64,000 bases of DNA from Laetmonice hystrix (Eukaryota). The notes beneath the pieces were generated by a model that saw nothing but the letters and a program-made list of their open reading frames with translations, was not told where the DNA came from and ran no database searches. This document shows, one piece after another, positions 22,349 to 33,300 of the stretch. Position numbers and translations under genes: made by a program. Location of the stretch: positions 3,412,001-3,476,000 of the forward strand of contig OZ249436.1 of assembly GCA_965235115.1 (NCBI GenBank). The letters are read 5' to 3'. Within the stretch, counting starts at the first letter, position 1; each line of letters starts with the position of its first letter.

Positions 22349-22936
22349 ATGTACATGGCTACATGTGTACTGTTATCACTTGTAATAATGCTAAACGCTG
22401 AAACCGAGACTGGTTATACGTGTGCTCCATGCCAATGCAAACCTTCGGGGTTGGTAATGTGTGCCGACAAAAACCTTTCAACGTATCCACAATTTGCAAG
22501 AACTGACGATTCTCTTCGATTGGATTTAAGAAGCAACAGGATAACACGACCACCTCTTCGCCATTACGCCTTACAGTTTAAAGAAATTGATTTACGAGGC
22601 AATCCCCTCTCGTGTATGTTATGGGATGCATTGCCACATACAGTCATGGAAAGGATTCTTCAAGACAGATGTACCACCAATTCAACCCTGCCAAGTCAAC
22701 ATAAGGACAACATAACGGAGGATGATCCACGCCCTTCATACAGGGGTTTACTACCCCCAAAGGAGACGAACAACCCCCTGCTACTGCTTGTGTTAGGTAG
22801 CGGTTCAGGGGTCGTAGCACTGTTCATGGCCTCTCTAATTGCTCTCCGCTTGAAGCACAACTATTTACGTATACTCGCTAACAAACATGGTCGTTTTGAC
22901 GGATGGAATACCGACAGTACGCCTAGGACTATCTAA
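22349..22936 (+). CDS. Type I membrane protein with LRRNT cap and short leucine-rich repeats (195 aa)
   Basis: Hydrophobic signal peptide, LRRNT (CAPCQCKPSGLVMCADKNLSTYP), LRRs LRLDLRSNRIT and FKEIDLRGNPLSC, a TM helix (LLLLVLGSGSGVVALFMASLIAL) and a short tail. Confidence 0.82.
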   Translation: MYMATCVLLSLVIMLNAETETGYTCAPCQCKPSGLVMCADKNLSTYPQFARTDDSLRLDLRSNRITRPPLRHYALQFKEIDLRGNPLSCMLWDALPHTVMERILQDRCTTNSTLPSQHKDNITEDDPRPSYRGLLPPKETNNPLLLLVLGSGSGVVALFMASLIALRLKHNYLRILANKHGRFDGWNTDSTPRTI

Positions 22937-23025
22937 GTTTTCCCCTTTTTTCATTCCTAGCATAGTGATACCCTTGTAGTTCTAAGTAGTTGTAACAAAC
23001 AAAAGTTGTAAAAAAAAAAACTTAC

Positions 23026-23156
23026 CTTAAGACGTCTAATGATGCGCTTGTCCGTGAGGAATAGGGTGTTTTGTGTCAACCTGTGCGTTACCACTGTGTC
23101 CCAATGCGAACTCTGGTGGTGATGACCGATGTTCTGGCGCGTGACCTCTTTTATAG
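23026..23156 (-). promoter_or_regulatory. Putative PolB promoter (TATAAAAG) and non-coding first exon ending at donor AAG|GTAAGT (23026/23025)
   Basis: CTTTTATA at ~23148-23155 on +, a consensus donor, no ATG in the exon, and an acceptor TTCTTACAG directly before ATG 22159. Confidence 0.6.
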
Positions 23157-24525
23157 GGTGTGACCCCAGGTCATCGCGGTGGGGTGAAATCCTGTCGCTG
23201 GACCTATTTTCTTTACAAGGACTATGACTACCGTTAATTATATTTATGTATTAAACTTTTTTTAATATAGAAATGATCGTGTCCTGTGTCTGAAACAATA
23301 TGTTACTTGGATATTCGCAAAATAAATTGTTAACTGATTTTCCACAATCATTCAGTTAACCAACATGACCTTGACCTTGTCGGCCTGACCCTGTCCAGTC
23401 TTCACTTTAACCTCAGAGCAGATAAGTCCGCTTAGCGTCCCTCTTTGGCAGTGTCACCTGGGGGATGCAACAAGTCTTGACATGCAACACCTGCATCCTT
23501 TTTGTGAGGATCAGCGTCAACAAAGTGTCTTGCGAACAACATGTGCGGGTGGGGGGATATAATATATATAAATAAATATAACAAACAAACAAACAAAACA
23601 ACAAACAACAACAAAATAAAAATAAAACAACCAAGAACCGTATCGTGAAATACCCGCAGGAATCAGGCTGGGTTTTGTCTGTCATGAAAGAATATCTCAT
23701 TATGTTATAACCAATGGGTTTTTCATATTTTATATGAAATAATATCCCAAAGATTACAACAATATGGGGATATTACCGTACGGGGCCATAACCACACTTT
23801 ACTTTATTTTTCTGTTTGAGAATAAAATGAGACGTTCATTCCCAGTGCATCAATGTGTCTATCACTATATTTTCGCCTCTAAATTAATAGTGAACATGCG
23901 TTCTTTATGTCTGATCATTACTCTTTATTTATTTTATTTGCTACTCTTTATTTGTCAAAACCTTAACCCTAAAACCCTCAGCCATACCGTCCCATGGTCA
24001 GCTTACCTGACTCGTTACCATGACAACCGTCACTGTCGGCTGCACTGCAGAAGGGGTACAGAAAAACTGGCGGCGCCCGCTCGCGCATGCTTCAAAATAA
24101 AGGTCTATAGACATTCATGGCTAGAACCGATAGTTTTTCTCCTACAAATGCCATGACATGAGCTTCAATGTTTCCTCTTTAATTTGTCCTCCTCATTTTT
24201 TTCCCCCCGCAACGTCTTTTTTATAATGGACAGTTGACCTTCGTCTTAAAAAAAACAAGGCGAGCATCAAGCCATTGGTAGAGGTGTCAGTGTCAGCATA
24301 AATACTGAAGTCACTATAGTTTTGAACGGTAGACGCCGCGTGACTGCCGCGACAAGGCGAGCGGCACCTCCTTGGCAGGTGTGGGATCAGTCGTACATGC
24401 CAGTACATCGCATAAATGCTGACGTCCGAACGATGGACGCCACGCATCTTTAACACACCTGCAGGGGTATCGAGTCACCAGCGTGCAGAGGGCGGGAAAA
24501 GACAATCACAAAACTGTCCACGCAC

Positions 24526-24633
24526 GGGTCTCATTCACAAAGCACACGCGGACTATTGTTGTCCATTTAGTTTGCGAGTCCGCAAACTATTGTTGTCCAT
24601 TTGGTTTTTGCGTGTCCTTTGTGAATAAGGCCC
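24526..24633. mobile_element. Possible ~108-bp MITE-like inverted-repeat element
   Basis: GGGTCTCATTCACAAAGCACACGC...GCGTGTCCTTTGTGAATAAGGCCC imperfect inverted ends, an internal hairpin TAGTTTGCG..CGCAAACTA, and flanks CAC / CAG. Confidence 0.4.
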
Positions 24634-25034
24634 CAGTGTTTTACCGAGAATTCTGTGAGAATGCCATCAGTAGACTCCATCTAAAGACCAAACCCGGAAT
24701 AGTTTTCCCCCTGCCCCTTTCCCTTTCCCTTCCTTCCTACTTCCTTCCTTCCTTCCTTCCATGACAATTAGTTTCTCAGCATTATCTGTTCAAGTGGTGA
24801 GGAGGATTGGATTGTTTAATCGGATTCAATTGGATTGGGACCAGGCTGGCTGTTTTCACACACGCACACTCTTTTTAGGCGTTGATACCTTATGCTATGT
24901 GAATGGGTGCAGTAATCTTTGGGGCCGGGGTTCGATTCTAGTAGAGGACTATGTATTTTTCAGGTCGGACATTGTCAAAGTAACATCTAAATATAAGGCA
25001 TCTATATAAGGCATCTATATATAAAAATCACATG

Positions 25035-25051
25035 CGCACACACACGCACAC

Positions 25052-25097
<46 letters not shown>

Positions 25098-25115
25098 CAC
25101 CCCCACACACACGCA
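25035..25115 (+). repeat. (AC)n microsatellite
   Basis: Direct observation. Confidence 0.9.
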
Positions 25116-25300
25116 CAAAAATCACATACAAGATATGTTGATTTCAATTTTTTTTTTAATTCGACACCAAAAAACAACGTACTACATACCAACTACATAC
25201 CATCCAGAATACCAAATATATGACGCATGAACGTGCTATATATCAAATACATGTAATCCAGAACACTAAATTCATGGCGAATCAATGTGCTACATACCAA

Positions 25301-26008
25301 CTACATGTCATCCAGAACACCAAATTCGTACAGAGACATTTCGGTGGCTGCTGTGGCGGACATCAGTACCTCTGCTGGATCTACATTTTTTATAAAGTTT
25401 AAAACGACCGCATAATACAACCCCTCCGCATCATACCACTTGTTCATATATCTACATGCCTCGTATAGTCGAGGTACAGAAATGCGCAAGTGACAGTATC
25501 GTGCATAACATGCCACAAGTCCGGCCTTGTCAGACTGACAACCGGCCATGTGGTCTTTCTGACTCGATCGGTCATAGATGCAACCATAGCATTTCGTTTT
25601 CACACGATTGTCATACTCCTTTTTCAAAATATATCGATACACAGTCCCAATTAATTCCTCTGCACATTGAGTGGGGATAGTCTCCGTCATCACTTCTAGT
25701 GTGTACTCCTCCCCTAACGGTTCCTTCAGATGGCCATCGTCATGGCAGGTGTCAGAGTCCAAATAGTACTGAGGCGAGACGCAAACACACTCCCCTTGAC
25801 CGTCCACACTTTTCCACCGGTACACATTCATACTGGTACGAATACGTTTCTCAGCAGGGGCGTCCCCGTCCTCTTCGTATTCCAACTTTCTCTTTGGCGC
25901 CTTCCTTTTCTCCCCCGTCGTTAAGGAGACTATCGCAAAATACTCTGACCGGCCCACGTTCATCGACTGCAAACTGCAACACCAGACATAATGATTAGGA
26001 TCTGACAT
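25301..26008 (-). CDS. Accessory protein (235 aa) with NLS-like segment and a CxxC..SQxxH..C putative zinc-binding motif
   Basis: Long ORF containing KRKAPKRK...EKRIR and CYGCIYDRSSQKDHMAGC, which resembles a motif I recall from Maverick accessory proteins. Confidence 0.72.
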   Translation of the reverse strand: MSDPNHYVWCCSLQSMNVGRSEYFAIVSLTTGEKRKAPKRKLEYEEDGDAPAEKRIRTSMNVYRWKSVDGQGECVCVSPQYYLDSDTCHDDGHLKEPLGEEYTLEVMTETIPTQCAEELIGTVYRYILKKEYDNRVKTKCYGCIYDRSSQKDHMAGCQSDKAGLVACYARYCHLRISVPRLYEACRYMNKWYDAEGLYYAVVLNFIKNVDPAEVLMSATAATEMSLYEFGVLDDM

Positions 26009-26087
26009 CGATGCTTAGGTGGAGACCTACATGAATACGTTTGACATGAATTTAATACAAAACATCAAAATAAAAAAACTCTACTTA

Positions 26088-26384
26088 CTAGTCCCTCCGT
26101 CCATATTTGTCCTTCCTGACGTAGCACACGTATACCCTGTCTTGGTAATCGACGACCGTCACCTTCCAACTTTCGGTCGATATCAACACTTGGGCCTTGC
26201 CACCAGCAAAACATTCCACCTGACGCGCCGCCATAGAACTCGCCTGCACTACACCGACAGGAACATATATCGTCCGGCGATCTTCTCCTGGTTTCATTCT
26301 CGTCAACTTCAATACAGACTCCGTATATTCACAAACCAACGTGGCGCTCAACTGAACCTCCTCGATGCATGCCATTGCTGCCAT
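26088..26384 (-). CDS. Small protein (98 aa), weakly PC4-like ssDNA-binding fold
   Basis: ORF downstream of a TATA-like TTATAAAG (~26467-26474, minus strand) near the right TIR. The beta-rich segment WKVTVVDYQDRVYVCYVR resembles PC4. Confidence 0.5.
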   Translation of the reverse strand: MAAMACIEEVQLSATLVCEYTESVLKLTRMKPGEDRRTIYVPVGVVQASSMAARQVECFAGGKAQVLISTESWKVTVVDYQDRVYVCYVRKDKYGRRD

Positions 26385-26567
26385 TTTCTTCCCTCTCAGT
26401 TGTCGAACTCAAGCTCGTGACTCAATAGATGACTCGATAGATGACTCCTTTCCAGAATTTCCAACCTTTATAAGGGAACCACCCTATGTATCCCCCCACC
26501 ACATCCCCACACACCACCAGGTGGGGCGGCCAAGGTCATGGCAAGGTCAAGGCCAACCAGACAAGGT

Positions 26568-27337
26568 CGTTGGCTCAAGGTCGTTGACCTTGGTCAACCA
26601 ATATGGTCAACCGACATCACACCTCTCGCCTCATTACCAAGTCATCTGCATACACATCATCATGTGCTCCTTCTACAATTTTCATTATCAAACAACGTTC
26701 ACCTAACACACATCATCATAATACTCGTTCTACAATGTTCATTATCGAACAACGTTCACCTAATATACATCATCATGTACTCGTTCTATAACTTTCATTA
26801 TCAAACAACGTTCACCTAACACACATCATCATAATACTCGTTCTACAATGTTCATTATCGAACAACGTTCACCTAATATACATCATCATGTACTCGTTCT
26901 ATAACTTTCATTATCAAACAACGTTCACCTAACACACATCATCATAATACTCGTTCTACAATGTTCATTATCGAACAACGTTCACCTAATATACATCATC
27001 ATGTACTCGTTCTATAACTTTCATTATCGAACAACGTTCACCTAACATACATCATCATGTACTCGTTCTATAACTTTCATTATCAAACAACGTTCACCTA
27101 ACACACATCATCATGTGCTCGTTCTACAACTTTCATCTCACGTACAAAAAACGTTATCATCTAAAAAAGAAACCTAAAATTCAAATTTGGGGTCGGTTAT
27201 AAAGTCCTAGTCAATGTCAAGGTCACCCTGGGTGTCAAGGTCACCGGTCAAGGTCACGTCCGTGACCTTGACCGGTGACCTTGACCCCAGGATGACCTTG
27301 ACATTGATTTGGACTTTATAACGGCCCCAGTACTACT
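26568..27337 (-). repeat. Right terminal inverted repeat (770 bp)
   Basis: Reverse complement of the left TIR, with two extra 56/57-bp units. Confidence 0.96.
26648..27128 (-). repeat. 56/57-bp minisatellite in the right TIR (~8.5 units)
   Basis: Reverse complement of the left array plus one extra 56+57 bp pair. Confidence 0.93.
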
Positions 27338-27343
27338 GTGTAT
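27338..27343 (+). repeat. Right target site duplication GTGTAT
   Basis: Immediately follows the terminal ACTACT and is identical to 8456-8461. Confidence 0.96.
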
Positions 27344-30300
27344 ACTTCCCATTTGAGTATCTTCTCCAGATTTTAACATTAGATGCTCCTCGCCAGTACC
27401 TTTGATTTCCACTACCTCACTGTAGTGTTTGCATGGCTACTAGGCCAGTCGGTAAGATGTAGGGACTTCTCACTCTACTGGTTGGCCTCCCACACTGCTT
27501 GGCCTCACAGTGTACTGTTTGGCCTGACTTTACTCTTTGGCCTCACTGTAGTGTTCGCTGGGGTGCTAGGCCAGCCAGTACCTTGTAGCAATTCCTCACT
27601 GTACCGTTGGCCTCCCTGTACCGTTTGCTTGTATACAACAGTAGCCAGTAATATAGGGACGCCTCATGTTTCATGTTTCCATGCCTTTATTGTCCAGGAG
27701 GAAGGCCATACGTTTCGTCTATTATCTACTCCCATCTAATCTATGTCCCCTAGGACCATCTGTAAGCGTGCGAACACGTTGTCAGGTCGTCCCAATGACT
27801 GTTTGCCGTAAAGGTTTAGTTAACAATGGCAAATGACGTTGTACGCCTTTTCTATATCAGATATCCCATCCCCAAGTAAGAAACAAACAAAGAAAGAGTA
27901 CAGAGATTTGCAGGCAAGAAACACCAGGGTGCAGCGCAGCTCTACTGAAGCGGCGGCAGAGGCGGTGACTGCACTGCCATCTTCCGGCTACCGGTGGAAT
28001 CACCACGTATACGTGGCCGGGCTGGCGGGCACCTGTGGCTCTTAGGTTAAAGCAATGAGAAGCGAAAAATGGCTACATTTCTGATACGTCAAATTGAAAC
28101 TACGCCCCCCAAAGTTATGATTCTTAGGCCAGATGTATAACTGTCAAACGTATAGGTCTCGTACGTTCGCTACAGTTATATGGTTGTGATGTGTATACTT
28201 CCCATTTGAGTATCTTCTCCAGATTTTAACATTAGATGCTCCTCGCCAGTACCTTTGATTTCCACTACCTCACTGTAGTGTTTGCATGGCTACTAGGCCA
28301 GTCGGTAAGATGTAGGGACTTCTCACTCTACTGGTTGGCCTCCCACACTGCTTGGCCTCACAGTGTACTGTTTGGCCTGACTTTACTCTTTGGCCTCACT
28401 GTAGTGTTCGCTGGGGTGCTAGGCCAGCCAGTACCTTGTAGCGATTTTTCACTGTACCGTTGGCCTCCCTGTACCGTTTGCTTGTACACAACAGTAGCCA
28501 GTAATATAGGGACGCCTCATGTTTCATGTTTCCATGCCTTTATTGTCCAGGAGGCAGGCCATACGTTTCATCTATCATCTACTCCCATCTAATCTGTGTC
28601 CCCTAGAGACCATCTGTAAGCGTGCGACAACGTTGTCAGGTCGTCCCAATGACTGTTTGCCGTAGAAGTTTAGTTAACAATGGCAAATGACGTTGTACGC
28701 TTTTTCTATATCAGATATCCCATCCCCAAGTAAGAAACAAACAAAGAAAGAGTACAGAGATTTGCAGGCAAGAAACACCAGGGTGCAGCGCAGCTCTACT
28801 GAAGCGGCGGCAGAGGCGGTGACTGCACTGCCATCTTCCGGCTACCGGTGGAATCACCACGTATACCTGGCCGGGCTGGCGGGCACCTATGGCTATTAGG
28901 TTAAAGCAATGAGAAGCGAAAAATGGCTACATTTCTGATACGTCAAATTGAAACTACGCCCCCCAAAGTTATGATTCTTAGGCCAGATGTATAACTGTCA
29001 AACGTATAGGTCTCGTACGTTCGCTACAGATATATGGTTGTGATGTGTATACTTCCCATTTGAGTATCTTCTCCAGATTTTAACATTAGATGCTCCTCGC
29101 CAGTACCTTTGATTTCCACTACCTCACTGTAGAGTTTGCATGGCTACTAGGCCAGTCGGTAAGATGTAGGGACTTCTCACTCTACTGGTTGGCCTCCCAC
29201 ACTGCTTGGCCTCACAGTGTACTGTTTGGCCTGACTTTACTCTTTGGCCTCACTGTAGTGTTCGCTCGGGTGCTATGCCAGCCAGTACCTTGTAGCGATT
29301 TCTCACTGTACCGTTTGTCCTCCCTGTACCGTTTGCTTGTACACAACAGCAGCCAGTAATATAGGGACGCCTCATGTTTCATGTTTCCATGCCTTTATTG
29401 TCCAGGAGGCAGGCCATACGTTTCGTCTATTATCTACTCCCATCTAATCTATGTCCCCTAGGACCATCTGTAAGCGTGCGAACACGTTGTCAGGTCGTCC
29501 CAATGACTGTTTGCCGTAAAGGTTTAGTTAACAATGGCAAATGACGTTGTACGCCTTTTCTATATCAGATATCTCATCCCCAAGTAAGAAACAAACAAAG
29601 AAAGAGTACAGAGATTTGCAGGCAAGAAACACCAGGGTGCAGCGCAGCTCTACTGAAGCGGCGGCAGAGGCGGTGACTGCACTGCCATCTTCCGGCTACC
29701 GGTGGAATCACCACGTATACCTGGCCGGGCTGGCGGGCACCTGTGGCTCTTAGGTTAAAGCAATGAGAAGCGAAAAATGGCTACATTTCTGATACGTCAA
29801 ATTAAAACTACGCCCCCCAAGGTTATGATTCTTAGGCCAGATGTATAACTGTCAAACGTATAGGTCTCGTACGTTCGCTACAGATATATGGTTGTGATGT
29901 GTATACTTCCCATTTGAGTATCTTCTCCAGATCTTAACATTAGATGCTCCTCGCCAGTACCTTTGATTTCCACTACCTCACTGTAGTGTTTGCATGGCTA
30001 CTAGGCCAGTCGGTAAGATGTAGGGACTTCTCACTCTACTGGTTGGCCTCCCACACTGCTTGGCCTCACAGTGTACTGTTTGGCCTGGCTTTACTCTTTG
30101 GCCTCACTGTAGTGTTCGCTGGGGTGCTAGGCCAGCCAGTACCTTGTAGCAATTCCTCACTGTACCGTTGGCCTCCCTGTACCGTTTGCTTGTATACAAC
30201 AGTAGCCAGTAATATAGGGACGCCTCATGTTTCATGTTTCCATGCCTTTATTGTCCAGGAGGAAGGCCATACGTTTCGTCTATTATCTACTCCCATCTAA

Positions 30301-33300
30301 TCTATGTCCCCTAGGACCATCTGTAAGCGTGCGAACACGTTGTCAGGTCGTCCCAATGACTGTTTGCCGTAAAGGTTTAGTTAACAATGGCAAATGACGT
30401 TGTACGCCTTTTCTATATCAGATATCCCATCCCCAAGTAAGAAACAAACAAAGAAAGAGTACAGAGATTTGCAGGCAAGAAACACCAGGGTGCAGCGCAG
30501 CTCTACTGAAGCGGCGGCAGAGGCGGTGACTGCACTGCCATCTTTCGGCTACCGGTGGAATCACCACGTATACGTGGCCGGGCTGGCGGGCACCTGTGGC
30601 TCTTAGGTTAAAGCAATGAGAAGCGAAAAATGGCTACATTTCTGATACGTCAAATTGAAACTACGCCCCCCAAAGTTATGATTCTTAGGCCAGATGTATA
30701 ACTGTCAAACGTATAGGTCTCGTACGTTCGCTACAGTTATATGGTTGTGATGTGTATACTTCCCATTTGAGTATCTTCTCCAGATTTTAACATTAGATGC
30801 TCCTCGCCAGTACCTTTGATTTCCACTACCTCACTGTAGTGTTTGCATGGCTACTAGGCCAGTCGGTAAGATGTAGGGACTTCTCACTCTACTGGTTGGC
30901 CTCCCACACTGCTTGGCCTCACAGTGTACTGTTTGGCCTGACTTTACTCTTTGGCCTCACTGTAGTGTTCGCTGGGGTGCTAGGCCAGCCAGTACCTTGT
31001 AGCGATTTTTCACTGTACCGTTGGCCTCCCTGTACCGTTTGCTTGTACACAACAGTAGCCAGTAATATAGGGACGCCTCATGTTTCATGTTTCCATGCCT
31101 TTATTGTCCAGGAGGCAGGCCATACGTTTCATCTATCATCTACTCCCATCTAATCTGTGTCCCCTAGAGACCATCTGTAAGCGTGCGACAACGTTGTCAG
31201 GTCGTCCCAATGACTGTTTGCCGTAGAAGTTTAGTTAACAATGGCAAATGACGTTGTACGCTTTTTCTATATCAGATATCCCATCCCCAAGTAAGAAACA
31301 AACAAAGAAAGAGTACAGAGATTTGCAGGCAAGAAACACCAGGGTGCAGCGCAGCTCTACTGAAGCGGCGGCAGAGGCGGTGACTGCACTGCCATCTTCC
31401 GGCTACCGGTGGAATCACCACGTATACCTGGCCGGGCTGGCGGGCACCTATGGCTATTAGGTTAAAGCAATGAGAAGCGAAAAATGGCTACATTTCTGAT
31501 ACGTCAAATTGAAACTACGCCCCCCAAAGTTATGATTCTTAGGCCAGATGTATAACTGTCAAACGTATAGGTCTCGTACGTTCGCTACAGATATATGGTT
31601 GTGATGTGTATACTTCCCATTTGAGTATCTTCTCCAGATTTTAACATTAGATGCTCCTCGCCAGTACCTTTGATTTCCACTACCTCACTGTAGTGTTTGC
31701 ATGGCTACTAGGCCAGTCGGTAAGATGTAGGGACTTCTCACTCTACTGGTTGGCCTCCCACACTGCTTGGCCTCACAGTGTACTGTTTGGCCTGACTTTA
31801 CTCTTTGGCCTCACTGTAGTGTTCGCTGGGGTGCTATGCCAGCCAGTACCTTGTAGCGATTTCTCACTGTACCGTTTGTCCTCCCTGTACCGTTTGCTTG
31901 TACACAACAGCAGCCAGTAATATAGGGACGCCTCATGTTTCATGTTTCCATGCCTTTATTGTCCAGGAGGCAGGCCATACGTTTCGTCTATTATCTACTC
32001 CCATCTAATCTATGTCCCCTAGGACCATCTGTAAGCGTGCGAACACGTTGTCAGGTCGTCCCAATGACTGTTTGCCGTAAAGGTTTAGTTAACAATGGCA
32101 AATGACGTTGTACGCCTTTTCTATATCAGATATCTCATCCCCAAGTAAGAAACAAACAAAGAAAGAGTACAGAGATTTGCAGGCAAGAAACACCAGGGTG
32201 CAGCGCAGCTCTACTGAAGCGGCGGCAGAGGCGGTGACTGCACTGCCATCTTCCGGCTACCGGTGGAATCACCACGTATACCTGGCCGGGCTGGCGGGCA
32301 CCTGTGGCTCTTAGGTTAAAGCAATGAGAAGCGAAAAATGGCTACATTTCTGATACGTCAAATTAAAACTACGCCCCCCAAGGTTATGATTCTTAGGCCA
32401 GATGTATAACTGTCAAACGTATAGGTCTCGTACGTTCGCTACAGATATATGGTTGTGATGTGTATACTTCCCATTTGAGTATCTTCTCCAGATTTTAACA
32501 TTAGATGCTCCTCGCCAGTACCTTTGATTTCCACTACCTCACTGTAGTGTTTGCATGGCTACTAGGCCAGTCGGTAAGATGTAGGGACTTCTCACTCTAC
32601 TGGTTGGCCTCCCACACTGCTTGGCCTCACAGTGTACTGTTTGGCCTGACTTTACTCTTTGGCCTCACTGTAGTGTTCGCTGGGGTGCTATGCCAGCCAG
32701 TACCTTGTAGCGATTTCTCACTGTACCGTTTGTCCTCCCTGTACCGTTTGCTTGTACACAACAGTAGCCAGTAATATAGGGACGCCTCATGTTTCATGTT
32801 TCCATGCCTTTATTGTCCAGGAGGCAGGCCATACGTTTCGTCTATTATCTACTCCCATCTAATCTATGTCCCCTAGGACCATCTGTAAGCGTGCGAACAC
32901 GTTGTCAGGTCGTCCCAATGACTGTTTGCCGTAAAGGTTTAGTTAACAATGGCAAATGACGTTGTACGCCTTTTCTATATCAGATATCTCATCCCCAAGT
33001 AAGAAACAAACAAAGAAAGAGTACAGAGATTTGCAGGCAAGAAACACCAGGGTGCAGCGCAGCTCTACTGAAGCGGCGGCAGAGGCGGTGACTGCACTGC
33101 CATCTTCCGGCTACCGGTGGAATCACCACGTATACCTGGCCGGGCTGGCGGGCACCTATGGCTATTAGGTTAAAGCAATGAGAAGCGGAAAATGGCTCCA
33201 TTTCTGATACGTCAAATTGAAACTACGCCCCCCAAAGTTCTTAGGCCAGATGTATAACTGTCAAACGTATAGGTCTCGTACGTTCGCTCCAGATATATGG

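Larger units (their letters stand above)
8462..27337. mobile_element. Polinton/Maverick (adintovirus-like endogenous virus), full length, 18,876 bp
   Basis: AGTAGT...ACTACT termini, long TIRs and a 6-bp TSD. Encodes pPolB, retroviral-like integrase, A32-type ATPase, and major and minor capsid proteins. Confidence 0.98.

Noticed and set aside
23413..23700. QPDSCGYF as a possible adenain catalytic Cys motif
   Set aside because: No upstream His/Asp motifs in frame (a stop lies shortly upstream), and the downstream sequence is a translated (AAAC)n low-complexity tract.
24007..24154. Possible additional minus-strand exon (MAFVGEKL...VTSQ followed by GTAAGC)
   Set aside because: It has a plausible donor, but I could not identify a convincing downstream exon or any homology, so it is not called.
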